Virus record (IMG/VR): IMGVR_UViG_2534682160_000015
Location: 1 to 42,406 of that record
DNA: 42,406 bases
Source of the DNA: a virus
Taxonomy: Duplodnaviria > Heunggongvirae > Uroviricota > Caudoviricetes
Direction: 5' to 3' (one strand)
Below the pieces are notes generated by a model. That model saw nothing but the letters and a program-made list of their open reading frames with translations, was not told the DNA's origin and searched no databases. Shown here piece by piece: positions 8,721 to 20,702 of this stretch. The position numbers and the translations under genes are program-made. Within the stretch, counting starts at the first letter, position 1, and each line of letters opens with the position of its first letter.

Positions 8721-10844
8721 TTACTCCAGCTCCATTCCGCTTAGCGATGCCACAATCCCAGCCCTCGCTAAGCGCTGAAACTCTTCGTTTCCGACGGTAT
8801 CACGTATCGCTTTTACAGCAGCTTTATTTGCCATAAATCTGCGTTCCGCCGCCGCTAATGCACCATCACTTGCCCCAACATTAACTGCCTTTGTTGCCTC
8901 TTGGACAGCCTTTTCAATCGCGTAACGACTACTGCGGGATGCAGCTAACTTTTCTATCGTCCCTTTAGCTATAGATCCAGAAACAGCCCCCACAACACCG
9001 CCAACAATCCCTCCACCAGTGGTACCAACAATAGCCCCTGATGTTGAATTGCCTATTGCATTGAGAACTGTCATGACAGCTTTTGGCAGTCCTTGCTCAA
9101 GAGAGTTAATTGCCGGTATAGAGCGCCCCGTATGCTCTACATATCGCAGTGGTCTGGTTGCTGCTCTGGCAAGGTCGCTGTATGCCCTAGCAATCTTACC
9201 CATTTCTGGCGAGTGCCTGCTAATGGCAGTAATGTTCTGCGGCGTAAGGATCGACGCTATATGGAATACGCCAGCAGACTCTGATTTACCGCCACGCACC
9301 CCTTGCGATACCGCATCTTGTAATATTGATGCAATTGCTGGAGATCGCTCAGACTCTGGCAGTGCGCCAATAATCTGATGAAACTTTCCTGTCCCACTTT
9401 TTGATGAATTTTGCAAGGCTTTAATACCATCAGTGACTAACTGATCAGTTGCAAGGTTTCTAAACGCTGCTTCAGCCTGTTCTTGTGCTGTAAATCTTGC
9501 TTTTGACAGATCATTAGCTTTTTGCCATTCATCAAGAAAACCGCCATTTTGAGCCATTATGCGCATATCTTCCGTTGCTGCATCACGAAGCTCCGCCATG
9601 CGCCTTGCCGTATTTGCCTCACCAGACCTTATATACTTCTGCTCAGCGTCAGCAAGTTTACTTCGCCATGCCTTCATGGCATCAAACGTGATTCCTTTTT
9701 TACCAGTTTTAGCATAAGCAGATGCAAATTGTTTCATCTCAGGAGTTAGCGGCATACCAGCCCAAATATCACCCTGAATTGTAGCGTTCAGGTTTGACAT
9801 TCTGGCCTTTGCGTCAGGCATCGTGGAGCGGACGCTATCCCATGCTGCCTTTTCTGAGTTCTTCATTTTATCAATACTTGCTAAAACCCTTTGTTTTATG
9901 GCTGCACTTTTTTCTGATGCAGATCCAGCCTCAGCACCAAGTTCATCAAGTGCTGAGTGGAATTTCGACTGTATTTCACTAAACGCCCTAGTATGTGCAT
10001 CCTGAACAATTCCTGGTTCGGATGCCAATATCCCTTCGGCTTGTGCAATTCCACGACTTCCAGATCGCATTCCTGGTGTTAATGCGTTTATATCAATTCC
10101 AGCAGACTCAGCCGCTTTTGCTACATCTTCGGACACATTAGCGGCCTGACTGGCAATTGACTGACGCCCAGCACCTGACTTTGCCATCCTGGAAACATCA
10201 TTAGCAGAATTCAGTGCTGCACCACCAAGAGCCTGTGAAACCCTTGGCGCAATAACGCGCCCGACACCTGAAAGAACGCCTTGAGCACCAATATTGATAC
10301 CACCGTTAATGGCAGCATTTTGTGCAAAATCGCCCTCCTGATTTGCAGCATCAGCAAGAGAACCTGCAATCATGTTTCCTGCGGAACCGATATCTCCAGC
10401 GAGCTTTGCTGGCGCTCCAGCAGCTTTTGCCGCTGTGCCAATTGGCAGGAGATACCCACCAATTGTTTCACCGGCTTGCGCGTAAGGGTCTGTCGGTCGA
10501 TCGACTGGACGATAGACATCATCCAATACTTTTGGCCCACCAAGCCCCTGACTGATTGCATTAATCAGACTTGCGCCACCCTGCAATACGTCAAATGGTA
10601 TGTTTACCAGACCACGACCAGCCTGTTCTGCAATTTGCCCTGCACTTTGACCACCAGTGAGCCAATCGCCAGCTTGTTGCATCAATGATGGTTCTTCACG
10701 CGCTGGTTCATTATTGGCCTGATTAACTGTTTGTTGCTGAACAGCCTGACCAGCAAAATACTCATCAATGGCGGTGCCAATATCTTCCGTGCTCGTACCA
10801 TCATGGAAGGTAAATGTCTTTCCGTTTGCAGTTACTTTCATCAT
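8721..10844 (-). CDS. Ejection (injection) protein, P22 gp16-like
   Basis: 707-aa Ala/Gly/Gln-rich protein, last of three consecutive ejection-protein genes in P22 order (7-20-16). Confidence 0.75.
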   Translation of the reverse strand: MMKVTANGKTFTFHDGTSTEDIGTAIDEYFAGQAVQQQTVNQANNEPAREEPSLMQQAGDWLTGGQSAGQIAEQAGRGLVNIPFDVLQGGASLINAISQGLGGPKVLDDVYRPVDRPTDPYAQAGETIGGYLLPIGTAAKAAGAPAKLAGDIGSAGNMIAGSLADAANQEGDFAQNAAINGGINIGAQGVLSGVGRVIAPRVSQALGGAALNSANDVSRMAKSGAGRQSIASQAANVSEDVAKAAESAGIDINALTPGMRSGSRGIAQAEGILASEPGIVQDAHTRAFSEIQSKFHSALDELGAEAGSASEKSAAIKQRVLASIDKMKNSEKAAWDSVRSTMPDAKARMSNLNATIQGDIWAGMPLTPEMKQFASAYAKTGKKGITFDAMKAWRSKLADAEQKYIRSGEANTARRMAELRDAATEDMRIMAQNGGFLDEWQKANDLSKARFTAQEQAEAAFRNLATDQLVTDGIKALQNSSKSGTGKFHQIIGALPESERSPAIASILQDAVSQGVRGGKSESAGVFHIASILTPQNITAISRHSPEMGKIARAYSDLARAATRPLRYVEHTGRSIPAINSLEQGLPKAVMTVLNAIGNSTSGAIVGTTGGGIVGGVVGAVSGSIAKGTIEKLAASRSSRYAIEKAVQEATKAVNVGASDGALAAAERRFMANKAAVKAIRDTVGNEEFQRLARAGIVASLSGMELE

Positions 10845-12172
10845 TCCACCGTAAATTGAATGCCTGATTTTGAGGTATATGATCCGGATTGACTCTGCTG
10901 CTGTTGGGTATTTGTCGGTTGTTGGTTATTGCTCTGTTGTTGCGCAGGCTGCTGAATATCTTCATACAGCTTGGCTTTTCTGGATTGCAATTGCTTAGTT
11001 AGTCCGCTGGGGAGAGAATCTCCATAAGTTGAAAGATAATCATCCATTTGCTGGTTAAACTTTTCGCCTTCAGTATTTGCCATCAGTTTTGAGGTGTTGA
11101 TTAAGTCTTGGACTTGCTCATTATTCAGCATCTTGCCGTTAGATAATTGGCTAACATAGTTACCAAGTGTGCCAAATATTCCATCAGTGCGTTTTACCTG
11201 CACTTGCTCACCTTCGCGTACCACAGATTGCGGATCCAGCGATTTCATATAGTTGAAAATCATTCCCAACTGCGCGGCTGGAGTGTTGCGCTTCCCAAGG
11301 GCTTGTAGGTTGTCAGAAGCACTGCGCATTGCAGAATAATTCTTTGAGAACCCATTAATATCACTATTCAGATCTCGAACAAGTTTTGGGTCAATCTTTC
11401 CGCTTTCCTGTTGTTTCATCCCTAATTCCTGCAACTTCAGGGCTACGTTATCATTATGCATTTGTGCCCGCTGAGCCCTGTCTAGTTGAGCGTTTTGGAT
11501 ATTTGCCCATCCTCTCGCGTTCTCCATGTCAGCCTGACGGATGCTTTCATCCAATCGCCCTTTCTCAAGTTGGCGACCAACCATCTTATCCTGATAATCC
11601 AGCATTTTATCCGGACCAACAGCCCCTAGCGTCATAGTAGTCAGCATGTGTGATAGCTGCTCTGGATTCTGAATACCTGTCTGAATCATCCAGTCAGCAT
11701 TAGCGCCAACGCGATTTAACCTGTCCTTGTTGTCAGTAATGAATTTACTGTAGGCTTCCGGTCCCTGAGAAAGAGCGACGTTAGCCCTCATGGCTAAATC
11801 GCCCATATCGTTGCGTTGCTGCTCATTAAGACCGGAAAACGCCTGTTGTGCCTGCGCAACAAACGCTGGATTTTCCTGGGCAAACTTAAATAGTCCAGAT
11901 GGATCACCAGAAGCCCATGCATCAGCGTGAACCTTATTGAACGCACTAATAGCTTTCTGTTGCTGTTCCTGATTGTAAATATCAGCAACTCCAGCCAGAC
12001 CACGTAACGCGGTCAGGCCAACGTTATTTACACCTGAGCGAGCCAGTTCATTGTTTTCGCGGATCAGACCAAGCGTTGCGTTAATGTCGCTTGCCTTTGG
12101 CGCATTCTCATTTTGCGTACCGATGCCAGCCAGAAAACCACCAGAATTAATACCCTGTTGCCACGTAGCCAA
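10841..12172 (-). CDS. Ejection protein, P22 gp20-like
   Basis: 443 aa, Q/N-rich; 4-nt overlap with the downstream gene; in the gp20 position. Confidence 0.75.
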   Translation of the reverse strand: MATWQQGINSGGFLAGIGTQNENAPKASDINATLGLIRENNELARSGVNNVGLTALRGLAGVADIYNQEQQQKAISAFNKVHADAWASGDPSGLFKFAQENPAFVAQAQQAFSGLNEQQRNDMGDLAMRANVALSQGPEAYSKFITDNKDRLNRVGANADWMIQTGIQNPEQLSHMLTTMTLGAVGPDKMLDYQDKMVGRQLEKGRLDESIRQADMENARGWANIQNAQLDRAQRAQMHNDNVALKLQELGMKQQESGKIDPKLVRDLNSDINGFSKNYSAMRSASDNLQALGKRNTPAAQLGMIFNYMKSLDPQSVVREGEQVQVKRTDGIFGTLGNYVSQLSNGKMLNNEQVQDLINTSKLMANTEGEKFNQQMDDYLSTYGDSLPSGLTKQLQSRKAKLYEDIQQPAQQQSNNQQPTNTQQQQSQSGSYTSKSGIQFTVE

Positions 12173-12184
12173 GAGACACCTCCA

Positions 12185-12838
12185 TTAAAAAAGTGAACCA
12201 AGTAGACCGACGCCAGCACCAATTGCTGTACCCCAACCAGGCATGATTGCAGTACCTGCAGCTGCACCTGCTGCCGCTCCACCCAGGGCACTCTGAAATC
12301 CTGATGGTTTATTCGCATTAGCCGCAGATGCTGCCGCCTGCTGTTGGTACAACTGGCTGACGTTGTTAGCGTAGTTCTGTCCGGCATTTGCCTGACCTGT
12401 AAGTGCACCAAGGCCGATATTTGCCAGATTGTTGTAGTTGTTCATCTGACCTGACAGCCAGTTTTGACCGAGTGTAGGTGCGATTGCTGCTAACTGGTTT
12501 CCTGTTGCTGTAGAGCCTAATCCACCCGTTGCCTCTGCTGCTGCCAGACTCTGGTAACGCGCCTGCCCTGCAAGGTCTTTATACTGCTGAGAGTTGTAAT
12601 ACTGGTTAAGTGCCTGACCTTGCCCCTGAAGAGAGGAAAGATTCTGCAACTGTGATACGTACTGCTGAGCGAGTGGCGTGAACGGTGCAAGGTTTTGCAT
12701 GTTCGTCTGCCACATTTCACGCTGCAGTTCGATGCCCTTTTCAGTTGCGCGTGCCTGCTCTTTTGCTCCGCTATCACCGCCACCTTTGCAGTACACAGCT
12801 TTGCTGAGGTGCTTATTGGCAATCTGGAAAATTAACAT
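12185..12838 (-). CDS. Ejection protein, P22 gp7-like
   Basis: 217 aa with an [12 protein letters not shown]-terminus and Gln/Ala/Gly-rich body; in the gp7 position. Confidence 0.75.
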   Translation of the reverse strand: MLIFQIANKHLSKAVYCKGGGDSGAKEQARATEKGIELQREMWQTNMQNLAPFTPLAQQYVSQLQNLSSLQGQGQALNQYYNSQQYKDLAGQARYQSLAAAEATGGLGSTATGNQLAAIAPTLGQNWLSGQMNNYNNLANIGLGALTGQANAGQNYANNVSQLYQQQAAASAANANKPSGFQSALGGAAAGAAAGTAIMPGWGTAIGAGVGLLGSLF

Positions 12839-13295
12839 TCTTTAGCTCCTCGTATTTTGAGCGCGGTAACTGATAAATCGTGATGCCTACAGGCTTTCCA
12901 TTGCTGGTATAAGCATCATCAAGGTGACCAACACGGGTAGCGCCAAGCAAACGGATAATTGCCCGTCCGTATTTCGTTGAGTCAGGAACCATAGTGATGC
13001 TGTTAAGGAATGGTGAGTTTTCGAGAAGCCATTTGCAGAATAATCGATGCCCTTGCAGTGCATATTCGCCACGGAATCCGGGGTCATACACCGCATGGCA
13101 TTCCACAACGCTATGCCAGAAGTTACGCACTTCATGAACGCCAGCCAGCACTAATCCTTCGTAGATGCCGAGGTATACCGCATCAGGCTTGATGTAGTAT
13201 TTATCTCCACTGTCTACAATATTTCCCGTGTTTTCTGGATTGTTGAGGAATTCTGCAAGCTTCACCGGATTATCGATGAGCTTTATTTCCATCAC
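12813..13295 (-). CDS. Virion protein, P22 gp14-like
   Basis: 160 aa between the needle and gp7-like genes, as in the P22 order 26-14-7; GTG start. Confidence 0.65.
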   Translation of the reverse strand: MMEIKLIDNPVKLAEFLNNPENTGNIVDSGDKYYIKPDAVYLGIYEGLVLAGVHEVRNFWHSVVECHAVYDPGFRGEYALQGHRLFCKWLLENSPFLNSITMVPDSTKYGRAIIRLLGATRVGHLDDAYTSNGKPVGITIYQLPRSKYEELKNVNFPDCQ

Positions 13296-14140
13296 TGCTC
13301 CGCAATGATTTTGATGGTTGTGGCAGTAAACGCCGCACCATTCGACTGAATGGTTAACGTGCTGCCATTTGTGGCAAGAAAGCCGTCTTTATCCACGCTG
13401 AAGAACGTAGCTAACAGGATGTTATCGGTCGTTGTCGCCGAGTTGCGACTGCTTACCAGTGTGTCAGGAACAGAGCCGGAAAAGGTTAGCTGCATTGACC
13501 TGTTGGCGGTTCCGCTGGGCCACGTCCCGACGATCGACAGCTTGAAGAACAAGGTTTTGTTCTCGTTGAACACAACCATCTTGTTGTTAACGGTATCGAA
13601 GAATGGTGCCAACGTGCCGGATGACGGCGTGAGCGTTTTCAGCAGGCTAACAAGGTTGGTCGGCGCTGTCGGGATGGTGACAGATACGCCAGAGTAAACA
13701 ACCTCTGACTTCTTGCGCGTAGTGGCATACTCAAGAGCATCGATGCGCGTTTCATGGTCTGAAAGCGTGTTTTGAATGGCGACAACTTCATCCGTCAGAT
13801 AATCAATATCGTTTTCTGCTGTCGTTAATCGTGAATCAAGGCCGACTATCGCCGCTTCTGCGTTAGTGATCCTTGTTTCGTGGTCCTGTATCTTCGCTTC
13901 AGCCGATGCTAGTCGAATTTCGTGATCGACCAGAATCACATCCTGCTCATCGTTCCTGACTTGTGCATCATAAGCGCCCTGTCCGGCCTCGTTGGCCTTG
14001 TTCGCCACGTTACCAACATCAGTACCCTGTGCGATAACGTAAAGCAGATACGACTGCGAGAAGATATTGCGTGGAAGTACTGATGTGTCGAGTCGTGTAG
14101 CCTGAATGATTGCCGGCACATTGAGATTAGAATCCGCCAT
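13292..14140 (-). CDS. Tail needle (P22 gp26-like) with extended C-terminal domain
   Basis: N-terminus [68 protein letters not shown] closely matches recalled P22 gp26; heptad-repeat coiled coil ([12 protein letters not shown]...) and then a ~100-aa extra C-terminal domain (282 aa vs 233 in P22). Confidence 0.85.
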   Translation of the reverse strand: MADSNLNVPAIIQATRLDTSVLPRNIFSQSYLLYVIAQGTDVGNVANKANEAGQGAYDAQVRNDEQDVILVDHEIRLASAEAKIQDHETRITNAEAAIVGLDSRLTTAENDIDYLTDEVVAIQNTLSDHETRIDALEYATTRKKSEVVYSGVSVTIPTAPTNLVSLLKTLTPSSGTLAPFFDTVNNKMVVFNENKTLFFKLSIVGTWPSGTANRSMQLTFSGSVPDTLVSSRNSATTTDNILLATFFSVDKDGFLATNGSTLTIQSNGAAFTATTIKIIAEQ

Positions 14141-15558
14141 TACTCAATCCTTATCTGAGCACCAGACAGAGTGACAGGTGACTTCGTGATAACGCGCAAT
14201 TTGAAGCCAATGTTTTTCCTGATGCGCCCTACTTTCTTCCACAAAACGCGTTTGTCGTAAACGAACGGTTCATTCTGCTCAATCATCTGCTCACGCCCGT
14301 AATTGATGCCGTCAGTGGTTGCAGAGAGAAAAAGGCGGTCAGCATACTGCGCAACGCCAGTTGACGATTCAACCTCAAGGTCGAACACTCTGGCGTTATC
14401 CGCTTTGAACAGTGGAGTAAACAGCAGGTGTTCCTGTTGCTTGTCGTACTGGCTGCTGATGTCGAATTGCAATTTCCCGGTCACGGACTCCAGCTTATCG
14501 CCGCACGTTATCTGATTGCCTTCGTAAATGAAGTCGATAGCGCGGTACACATCGTCATACAGGCCTGTTTTCAACACACACCATTGCGGACCATTGGCGC
14601 TTGAAGATGCGTCGTAAACAAGAACATGGCGCGGCAGGTGAATAATCAGCAACTCATGAGCATCAAACCGCAACGATTCCATCACGCCATCAGCCAGTTC
14701 ATCAGCAGTGTAGGAGCGGAGGATTTTCTCAATGCTCGCGCTGGCGATTGGTGACACCTGACCGGAGCCGATGATATACACAGACGGCGCACCTGTTGCC
14801 GGATTGCTGATAAACGCATAGGAATCAGCAAACGGCGTTTTGCAGTAAGTTCCGGCAATACCTTTCTGCACCATCAGCGATGGCTGTGCGACATACAAAG
14901 CAGCACCAACGGTGGTTGCACCAGTCAGGGAGAAATATTCAATCGTCGATGAACCAAAGCAGACGATGAAGTCTCGCCATGTGCCGATACCGATGATGCC
15001 GTCCGGCTGCGACTCGGCACGATATTGTGCGCTGTAGCGGTCAGGGTGCGATTCATCTTCAAGGTCAGTGATAAACCATGAATCAGTACCGTCTTTTGAC
15101 CACGCATAACGCCCACGTAAGCGTGTAATGTCGCGAACTGAACCTAACTCGTACTGTGTGAATCCGCTGTCTGTAGGCCAGTTTGAGACGGTTTTAACCG
15201 TGCCATCATAGCGATACTCGACCAGTTGACCATTAACGCCTACAGCCTGAGATGTCCGTCCATGCGCCATTGATACGCGACCACTTCCGGCAACATCACC
15301 GACCTCGCTTTCACCCTTATACAGCTTGCCGCCACACACGCGATATACAGCATTCTGCGCCATGTTGTACTCGACTCCGCGCGATACACCGTTCACATCA
15401 GAACGTTTGGCAATGCCCGGGAATGAGCGAAGATATCCGCTGCTGTTCAGGATTTCTTTGGGTGTAGCCAACATATTCACTGGCATATAGTCGATATAGT
15501 CGGCGTTTCGAAAGTCTTTGCCGACACCTTTCATAAGCGGAAGTTGCTGAATCGGCAT
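14140..15558 (-). CDS. Tail accessory / head-completion protein, P22 gp10-like
   Basis: 472 aa, the same length as P22 gp10, in the conserved position between gp4 and the needle. Confidence 0.75.
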   Translation of the reverse strand: MPIQQLPLMKGVGKDFRNADYIDYMPVNMLATPKEILNSSGYLRSFPGIAKRSDVNGVSRGVEYNMAQNAVYRVCGGKLYKGESEVGDVAGSGRVSMAHGRTSQAVGVNGQLVEYRYDGTVKTVSNWPTDSGFTQYELGSVRDITRLRGRYAWSKDGTDSWFITDLEDESHPDRYSAQYRAESQPDGIIGIGTWRDFIVCFGSSTIEYFSLTGATTVGAALYVAQPSLMVQKGIAGTYCKTPFADSYAFISNPATGAPSVYIIGSGQVSPIASASIEKILRSYTADELADGVMESLRFDAHELLIIHLPRHVLVYDASSSANGPQWCVLKTGLYDDVYRAIDFIYEGNQITCGDKLESVTGKLQFDISSQYDKQQEHLLFTPLFKADNARVFDLEVESSTGVAQYADRLFLSATTDGINYGREQMIEQNEPFVYDKRVLWKKVGRIRKNIGFKLRVITKSPVTLSGAQIRIE

Positions 15559-15567
15559 TTATTCACC

Positions 15568-16029
15568 TCACGTACTCGGTTCATCTTTCTCGATGTAAAA
15601 CCGATTCCACGTAAACGCGCTTTTGTTACCACTACCGCGAGGCATGTCATTTCGCCGCTCAAGTGGTGGTATTTTGGTTAAAGCGATGCAGATTGTCTGA
15701 TATGCACTGTCAGCAGCGGTAAGGAGAGCGTCTGACGGCTGAATGACGTTATCCATGCACACTTGCACAGCGAGCTTCAAAGCGACGCCATCATTTGCCC
15801 ATGCAGGGATGCCTGAATCATCGTCAGGTAACGGCATGATGCCGTTTTCTGTATCAGCAAACTGATACCCAAGCTCGATACCTTTAGCCCGCCATGCTGC
15901 CATCATGTCTTCGAGGTCATTAATGGCATCTTCAATTGCCTGAGGGTCAGCATCTGTCAACGTGGCATTGGAATACAGCCCGGCTTTTCGTAAAGCCTTT
16001 AGAGCGAGATCACCCTTCGTTTTCGCCAT
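15568..16029 (-). CDS. Tail accessory protein, P22 gp4-like
   Basis: 153 aa; KTKGDLALKALRKAGL...ATLTDADPQAIEDAINDLEDMMAAW resembles the recalled gp4 N-terminus. Confidence 0.8.
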   Translation of the reverse strand: MAKTKGDLALKALRKAGLYSNATLTDADPQAIEDAINDLEDMMAAWRAKGIELGYQFADTENGIMPLPDDDSGIPAWANDGVALKLAVQVCMDNVIQPSDALLTAADSAYQTICIALTKIPPLERRNDMPRGSGNKSAFTWNRFYIEKDEPST

Positions 16030-16198
16030 CTTCTTCCGCCTTAGCCACTTTTTGCTTCGTTGCGGTTTCTTCAGGAGTTTTCACCCAACCTTTTTTCAGG
16101 TGAGATTTAACTTCTTCGTCATCAACAATGATGTAATCCAGCGAGTGGGGCCCGCAGGTGATCATCGAGCCCGGCTTATAAAGCATGATTTGAGACAT
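16010..16198 (-). CDS. Small hypothetical protein between coat and gp4 genes
   Basis: 62 aa from an ATG with GGAG 5 nt upstream; overlaps the gp4 start by 20 nt; P22-like phages carry a small ORF here. Confidence 0.4.
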   Translation of the reverse strand: MSQIMLYKPGSMITCGPHSLDYIIVDDEEVKSHLKKGWVKTPEETATKQKVAKAEEDGENEG

Positions 16199-16208
16199 TT
16201 CGATCTCC

Positions 16209-16231
16209 AAAAAAAGAGGGGCCGAAGCCCC
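16209..16231 (-). terminator. Intrinsic terminator just downstream of the coat gene
   Basis: On the minus strand, GGGGC-TTCG-GCCCC hairpin followed by T7, 5 nt after the coat stop codon. Confidence 0.6.
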
Positions 16232-16236
16232 TTGGA

Positions 16237-17496
16237 TTACTGGTTAGCCAGTACCAGGCCGGTGAATTCCGGGACCAGTACGCTTGCGCCAGCCAGCGTG
16301 GTGAAGCGAGTCCACGTTTTGCCAGATTTAGCGTCGAACTGGTAAGCCATGATGATGGTCGCACCCTGCTCGGTCGTTGCGGTCATAACCTGCGGACCCT
16401 GGCCGGTAGGGAATGCCAACTTGCCATACATCAGCTCAACAGAACCCTCAGCGAAGAAGATGTTGGAAGCCGCAGCCTTCGTGTTGAGGATGGTGATCGC
16501 CGCGTTTTCCGCCGGATTGGCGGTAACGTTCTGGTAAGGAATAGACGCCTTATCCTCGTTGTCTGGTGGCAGAATTTTCGGGCTGATGGTAACGGTAGTG
16601 CCATTTACTGCCAGGACGCGGAATACCTGCGGCTTACCTGTATCCACCTTCTTGATCATGTGGACACTGTTAACGCCTGCGATAGTGAATGCATCGCCGA
16701 CAGCCAGTACGCCAGCAACGGATACGGTGATGTCACCCTGGCGGTTATCGGTAGGCGCGCCGTTGGAATCCATCGCGGTAACTTTGTGTTTTACTGCGCC
16801 GCCGAGAGTTACAGTGGTAGCTGAACCAGCCTTCATTGCGCCAGCATAATCAACGCGGAAACTGTCGAAGGATGCCACCGGTGGAATCTGAGCTTTCTCA
16901 TAGGCTGTCAGAGTTGCACCGACCGCATATGCGCGAGAGCCAAGCTCCTTAGCCAGGTCTTTGTAGTTGAACGGGTTGTAGAACGCCTTGCGCTGACCAC
17001 CCTGAGGCACACCAATGGACAGCATCATTGCATCAACTTCAGCCGATGCGTTCCAGAGTTCTTCGCCGAGAGTGTTACCGGTGGACGCCGATTTAATGGT
17101 GACCACGTTGGTGGAGCGAGAGACCACCTCATCGACGATCATGTTATCAACCCACGCCGCCAACTGGCGACCCGCCGCCTTGCCAGCCTGCTCTTTGTGC
17201 CACGAATCGCGCATTTCTTTTGCGTCCAGTTCGTAGATGACGTTCTCTGGCTCGCGGAAGCGAGCAGGCACCTGACGCTGAACGAGTGAGTTTGCAGTGG
17301 CCGAAGTCAGATCAAGTCCGCTCACGGTTTTCAGGTGGTAGCCCTGAGGACGATAAACAACGTCGCCAGCGCGCTGCATTTCAGTGTCGCCCGGTCGGAA
17401 CTTACTGCACTCGCGGGAAACGACATTAGACGCCTCAAAACTATCAATGACGTTCTCAAAGAGGATTTCGAGGTCTTTGGTTAACTGGTTAGACAT
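16237..17496 (-). CDS. Major coat protein (P22/Sf6 gp5-like, HK97 fold)
   Basis: 419 aa directly downstream of the scaffold gene and followed by a terminator; length and position match P22-like coat proteins. Confidence 0.85.
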   Translation of the reverse strand: MSNQLTKDLEILFENVIDSFEASNVVSRECSKFRPGDTEMQRAGDVVYRPQGYHLKTVSGLDLTSATANSLVQRQVPARFREPENVIYELDAKEMRDSWHKEQAGKAAGRQLAAWVDNMIVDEVVSRSTNVVTIKSASTGNTLGEELWNASAEVDAMMLSIGVPQGGQRKAFYNPFNYKDLAKELGSRAYAVGATLTAYEKAQIPPVASFDSFRVDYAGAMKAGSATTVTLGGAVKHKVTAMDSNGAPTDNRQGDITVSVAGVLAVGDAFTIAGVNSVHMIKKVDTGKPQVFRVLAVNGTTVTISPKILPPDNEDKASIPYQNVTANPAENAAITILNTKAAASNIFFAEGSVELMYGKLAFPTGQGPQVMTATTEQGATIIMAYQFDAKSGKTWTRFTTLAGASVLVPEFTGLVLANQ

Positions 17497-17516
17497 AGGT
17501 GTTTAGCTCCGATGGA

Positions 17517-18413
17517 TTATTTTTTAGCTTTGTTCTTCGCCGCCCGGTATTCGGTGTAATCACCGGTTTCGCGCGCTTTTTCGAGAAGTTTGTCGAGGTT
17601 ATTGATTACTGCGCCGTTGCTCCCCTTAACTGTCGGGGTTGTGGCTGCCGTGGTTTTTGCTTTTGGCATGATTCTGGCCTTCGATTCGATACGTTCCAGC
17701 AGACGACCAATTGCTACGGGGTTGGTAGCTTCTGCCAGTTGCTTGCGCAGTTCAGCGTTGCGACCGAGTGCCAGAACAACGATTTCCGGCTTCTCTGACT
17801 CAAACAAGATCGCGTTTTGTGTCTCGATGGGGATTTCCTCGAGTACGGCCTGCTCAGCTTCCTGATAGCCAGGAACTTTGAGAGCCTTAACACGTTGCTG
17901 ATATTTGGATAATCGCTCTTGATAGGCAGCCTGAAGCTCCTGCTCCTTCTGCTTGCGAGCCATCTCCTGTTGCTGGTACTTGCCGTTATCCTCTGCCCAC
18001 TTAGCCATGCGTTGCTGGTAGATTTCTTCATCGAAACCGATGTCCTCATCATCCAGTTTTGGCATTCGCGGTGGTTGAGTGATTACCGGCTGCTGCTCGA
18101 CGGGTTTCTGATACTGACGCATCAGCTCTTTCAGCTCACGGTCTTTCTCTTTAATCGTCTTGCGCAGGTGTTTTACCAGTCCATGCTCTGCGCCATCTTC
18201 GCTGGTTGGCGAATCCAGCTTTTCGTCACCAAAGTAGAATTCCTGTTCTGATTCGTCGTCATCAGTTTCAGTAGCTTCCTCTACATCATTGCCGGATGAC
18301 TCACTGCCATCTTCTGTTTCGACTTCTTCAGCCAGTTCGACATCATCAGGAATCTGCTCTGACGCGTCGGTTTCGATTTCAACTTCTGGTGTGTTTTCTG
18401 CCATCTGGTCCAT
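17517..18413 (-). CDS. Scaffolding protein (P22 gp8-like)
   Basis: 298 aa, highly acidic N-terminus, charged coiled-coil middle and a basic C-terminal tail (KNKAKK); between portal and coat. Confidence 0.75.
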   Translation of the reverse strand: MDQMAENTPEVEIETDASEQIPDDVELAEEVETEDGSESSGNDVEEATETDDDESEQEFYFGDEKLDSPTSEDGAEHGLVKHLRKTIKEKDRELKELMRQYQKPVEQQPVITQPPRMPKLDDEDIGFDEEIYQQRMAKWAEDNGKYQQQEMARKQKEQELQAAYQERLSKYQQRVKALKVPGYQEAEQAVLEEIPIETQNAILFESEKPEIVVLALGRNAELRKQLAEATNPVAIGRLLERIESKARIMPKAKTTAATTPTVKGSNGAVINNLDKLLEKARETGDYTEYRAAKNKAKK

Positions 18414-18503
18414 TTGTTACCCCTGTTTACTCGATGTTCAGCCCATCGGAAGGCAATAGGGTGCCAGGCCTCATAAAGACAGCCATTGCACGTTATGGGT
18501 TAA

Positions 18504-20687
18504 TTACTGCTGTGGTTGTTGCTGAGTTGATTTTTGCAGGATGCTGCTGATGTCCATGCGCTGCGCATGGCCCTGTGCCTGACTTTTCAGGACAAGCTCT
18601 GCATCAGCACGGGCATTGTCTCCTTGCTGTTGCTGGAACTGTCCGAGCAGTTTCAGAGCCTCGCGGATATCAGATTTCTGCTGGCTATCAGCAGATGCGA
18701 GGATTTTCACAACGTTTGCCGCTGCAACCTGAGCATCAGTCTGTGCCTGGAATGCTTTAACCTGAATGGCTGCCTGCTCGTTCTGCGCTTTCTGCAATTC
18801 AGCCTGACCAGCAAGAAGCTGACCTTGCGCAGCAACCATAGCCGGATCTGGCTGACTGGCCTGTTGTTGTTTCGCCTGCTCAACCATCTGCTGTTCTTCT
18901 GGCGTTCTCGGCTTGATAACTCCAGACAGAAGCAACTGATTGCGGTTGTATTCTTTAAGGTCGTCCATCCCTTCGCCGTCCATATTGTCGAGGATCATCG
19001 ACGATACAAGGTCGTGTTTCGGCGTTCCTGGCGGGATAAGTGCCAGCATGGAAAGTAATGACTTAACCGTTGCGTCACGGCGAGTAGCGAACGACTGACC
19101 GACATCGACAGTCACTTCATAGTTACCCTGAGAAAGGTCGTTAAGCGCGATAACCTGCCCTGTCTGACGGTCAACCACTTCACCAGTCATCAGCGCCACG
19201 TCATCGCTGCCGTCCTCATTAACGATACGCATCGGCGTATCACTACCATAGACCTCACGTGCCATAGAAAGCCACACGACGCCAGCGCGACGCATGGATT
19301 TAGCCATGTTGTCCATGTAGATATAGGACTGCGTATCCATCCGGTTAAAAATGCTATCAACGGTATCGGTGGCGACGTTGCTCGGCATGTTCTCAAGCTG
19401 CGACGCACCTGTAATTTGCTGAATAGCCGTTCCGGTGTACTGCAATAGCCCGGCAAGAGCTGGCGGCATTTGTGTCGGAGGTGTCCAGCCAGCAACCTGA
19501 GCTTCTGAAATGACTGTTCCGTTTTTGTCCTTCTTGCTGGTCATAGGAAGAACTGCAGGTCTTTTCTTATTCCTCTCTGCCCAGTGATTCATTAATGGGC
19601 CGGGAATGAAATCAACATCCACGATAGGAATGCCATCACCGCCAGCCTGAGTAGCGTTATCTGCAATCATGGAAACCATCAGGTTCTCAAGACGCTGTGC
19701 ATCCATCGCTTTTGCTGCGTGGCCTTCGATTCGCTCCTGATTATCAACAAATGAGCGACGCCCATATACCGGGATGAGAGGAATATGTTCGCCAGGAATA
19801 CGCTTCGGTTCTTCCAGCCATTCAGCGCCAGAAAGAAGACCGCAATAAACTCGGCGTTTCTTCACTGTCCGCTCGCCAATCAGTTCGAATGCGCCATCGG
19901 TCAGCTCGTCGGCAATATCTTTGATTTGCTCTTCATCATAGATTGCCGTTTCTCCGCTAACAGGGTTGCGCCACGCCGTGAGCTTCACCTTCTCTATGCG
20001 AACTTCGTAGTAGCGTCCAACATAGATGGCATCGGGCGTTGACCAGTCATATTGAGTGCCAGTGTCATCACGAGAAAGGCTTGCCGCGGTGGAATCAGGG
20101 TATTCAGCCTCGAACGCTTTGGGCGTCATGGAGAACATTTCCATAGCCCACATAGCATCAGAGCGGTCATATTGCTTGCTGTCCTGATCGAAGAAGACGC
20201 ATGTCGCCGGGTCGTAAACAGGAAGAAGGCTGATGCGTCGCTGCTCGTTACTTGGGTCCATTTCATCTTCGTAATCGGCACACATGCGGAAACAACCAAA
20301 TCCGCCTGTTACAGCATCATCAAATGCGTTATCACACGCTTCGCCACCGGATGTTTCCTGATAGTCAGCGCGGAATTTGCCGTTCATCTTTTCGGCTAAC
20401 GCTTCCGATGCCTTATCGTCCTTCGGCCTGAATTTAACGCTGATGCGATTCTGTCGATACTCGCCAATGATGCGATCACATTCACGGGCAATCTTATTCA
20501 GTTCAAAGCGCGGGTAATGCTCAAACCTGCCCTCATCAAATGAGTAACCAGCGTTTGTACTGCCTTCCCACTGTGCGCCGGACACCCGGACGAAACGTTG
20601 AGCCTCAATAATCTGCTCACGCATATCCTGCGTTGCTGACCAGGCATTATCAAAGTTACACAGCACCTTGCGATGCCAGTCAGTCAT
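18504..20687 (-). CDS. Portal protein (P22 gp1-like)
   Basis: 727 aa; the C-terminal region (PEEQQMVEQAKQQQASQPDPAMVAAQGQLLAGQAELQKAQNEQ...RMDISSILQ) matches the recalled P22 portal barrel. Confidence 0.9.
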   Translation of the reverse strand: MTDWHRKVLCNFDNAWSATQDMREQIIEAQRFVRVSGAQWEGSTNAGYSFDEGRFEHYPRFELNKIARECDRIIGEYRQNRISVKFRPKDDKASEALAEKMNGKFRADYQETSGGEACDNAFDDAVTGGFGCFRMCADYEDEMDPSNEQRRISLLPVYDPATCVFFDQDSKQYDRSDAMWAMEMFSMTPKAFEAEYPDSTAASLSRDDTGTQYDWSTPDAIYVGRYYEVRIEKVKLTAWRNPVSGETAIYDEEQIKDIADELTDGAFELIGERTVKKRRVYCGLLSGAEWLEEPKRIPGEHIPLIPVYGRRSFVDNQERIEGHAAKAMDAQRLENLMVSMIADNATQAGGDGIPIVDVDFIPGPLMNHWAERNKKRPAVLPMTSKKDKNGTVISEAQVAGWTPPTQMPPALAGLLQYTGTAIQQITGASQLENMPSNVATDTVDSIFNRMDTQSYIYMDNMAKSMRRAGVVWLSMAREVYGSDTPMRIVNEDGSDDVALMTGEVVDRQTGQVIALNDLSQGNYEVTVDVGQSFATRRDATVKSLLSMLALIPPGTPKHDLVSSMILDNMDGEGMDDLKEYNRNQLLLSGVIKPRTPEEQQMVEQAKQQQASQPDPAMVAAQGQLLAGQAELQKAQNEQAAIQVKAFQAQTDAQVAAANVVKILASADSQQKSDIREALKLLGQFQQQQGDNARADAELVLKSQAQGHAQRMDISSILQKSTQQQPQQ

Positions 20688-20702
20688 CTTTTTTCTGCCA
20701 TA

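Noticed and set aside
9019..10688. Several plus-strand ORFs of 60-135 aa (e.g. 9019-9378, 10281-10688)
   Set aside because: All fall inside the gp16-like ejection gene on the opposite strand; Cys/Arg-rich antisense artefacts.
13255..13325. Apparent extra/missing base at the 13260/13261 and 13320/13321 line junctions
   Set aside because: This is a mismatch between the printed text and the ORF track, not a biological feature; ORF-track coordinates were used for genes, and hand-placed features carry a ±1-2 nt caveat.
18534..19058. 174-aa plus-strand ORF
   Set aside because: Lies entirely antisense within the portal gene; low-complexity Leu/Arg-rich translation typical of a spurious antisense frame.
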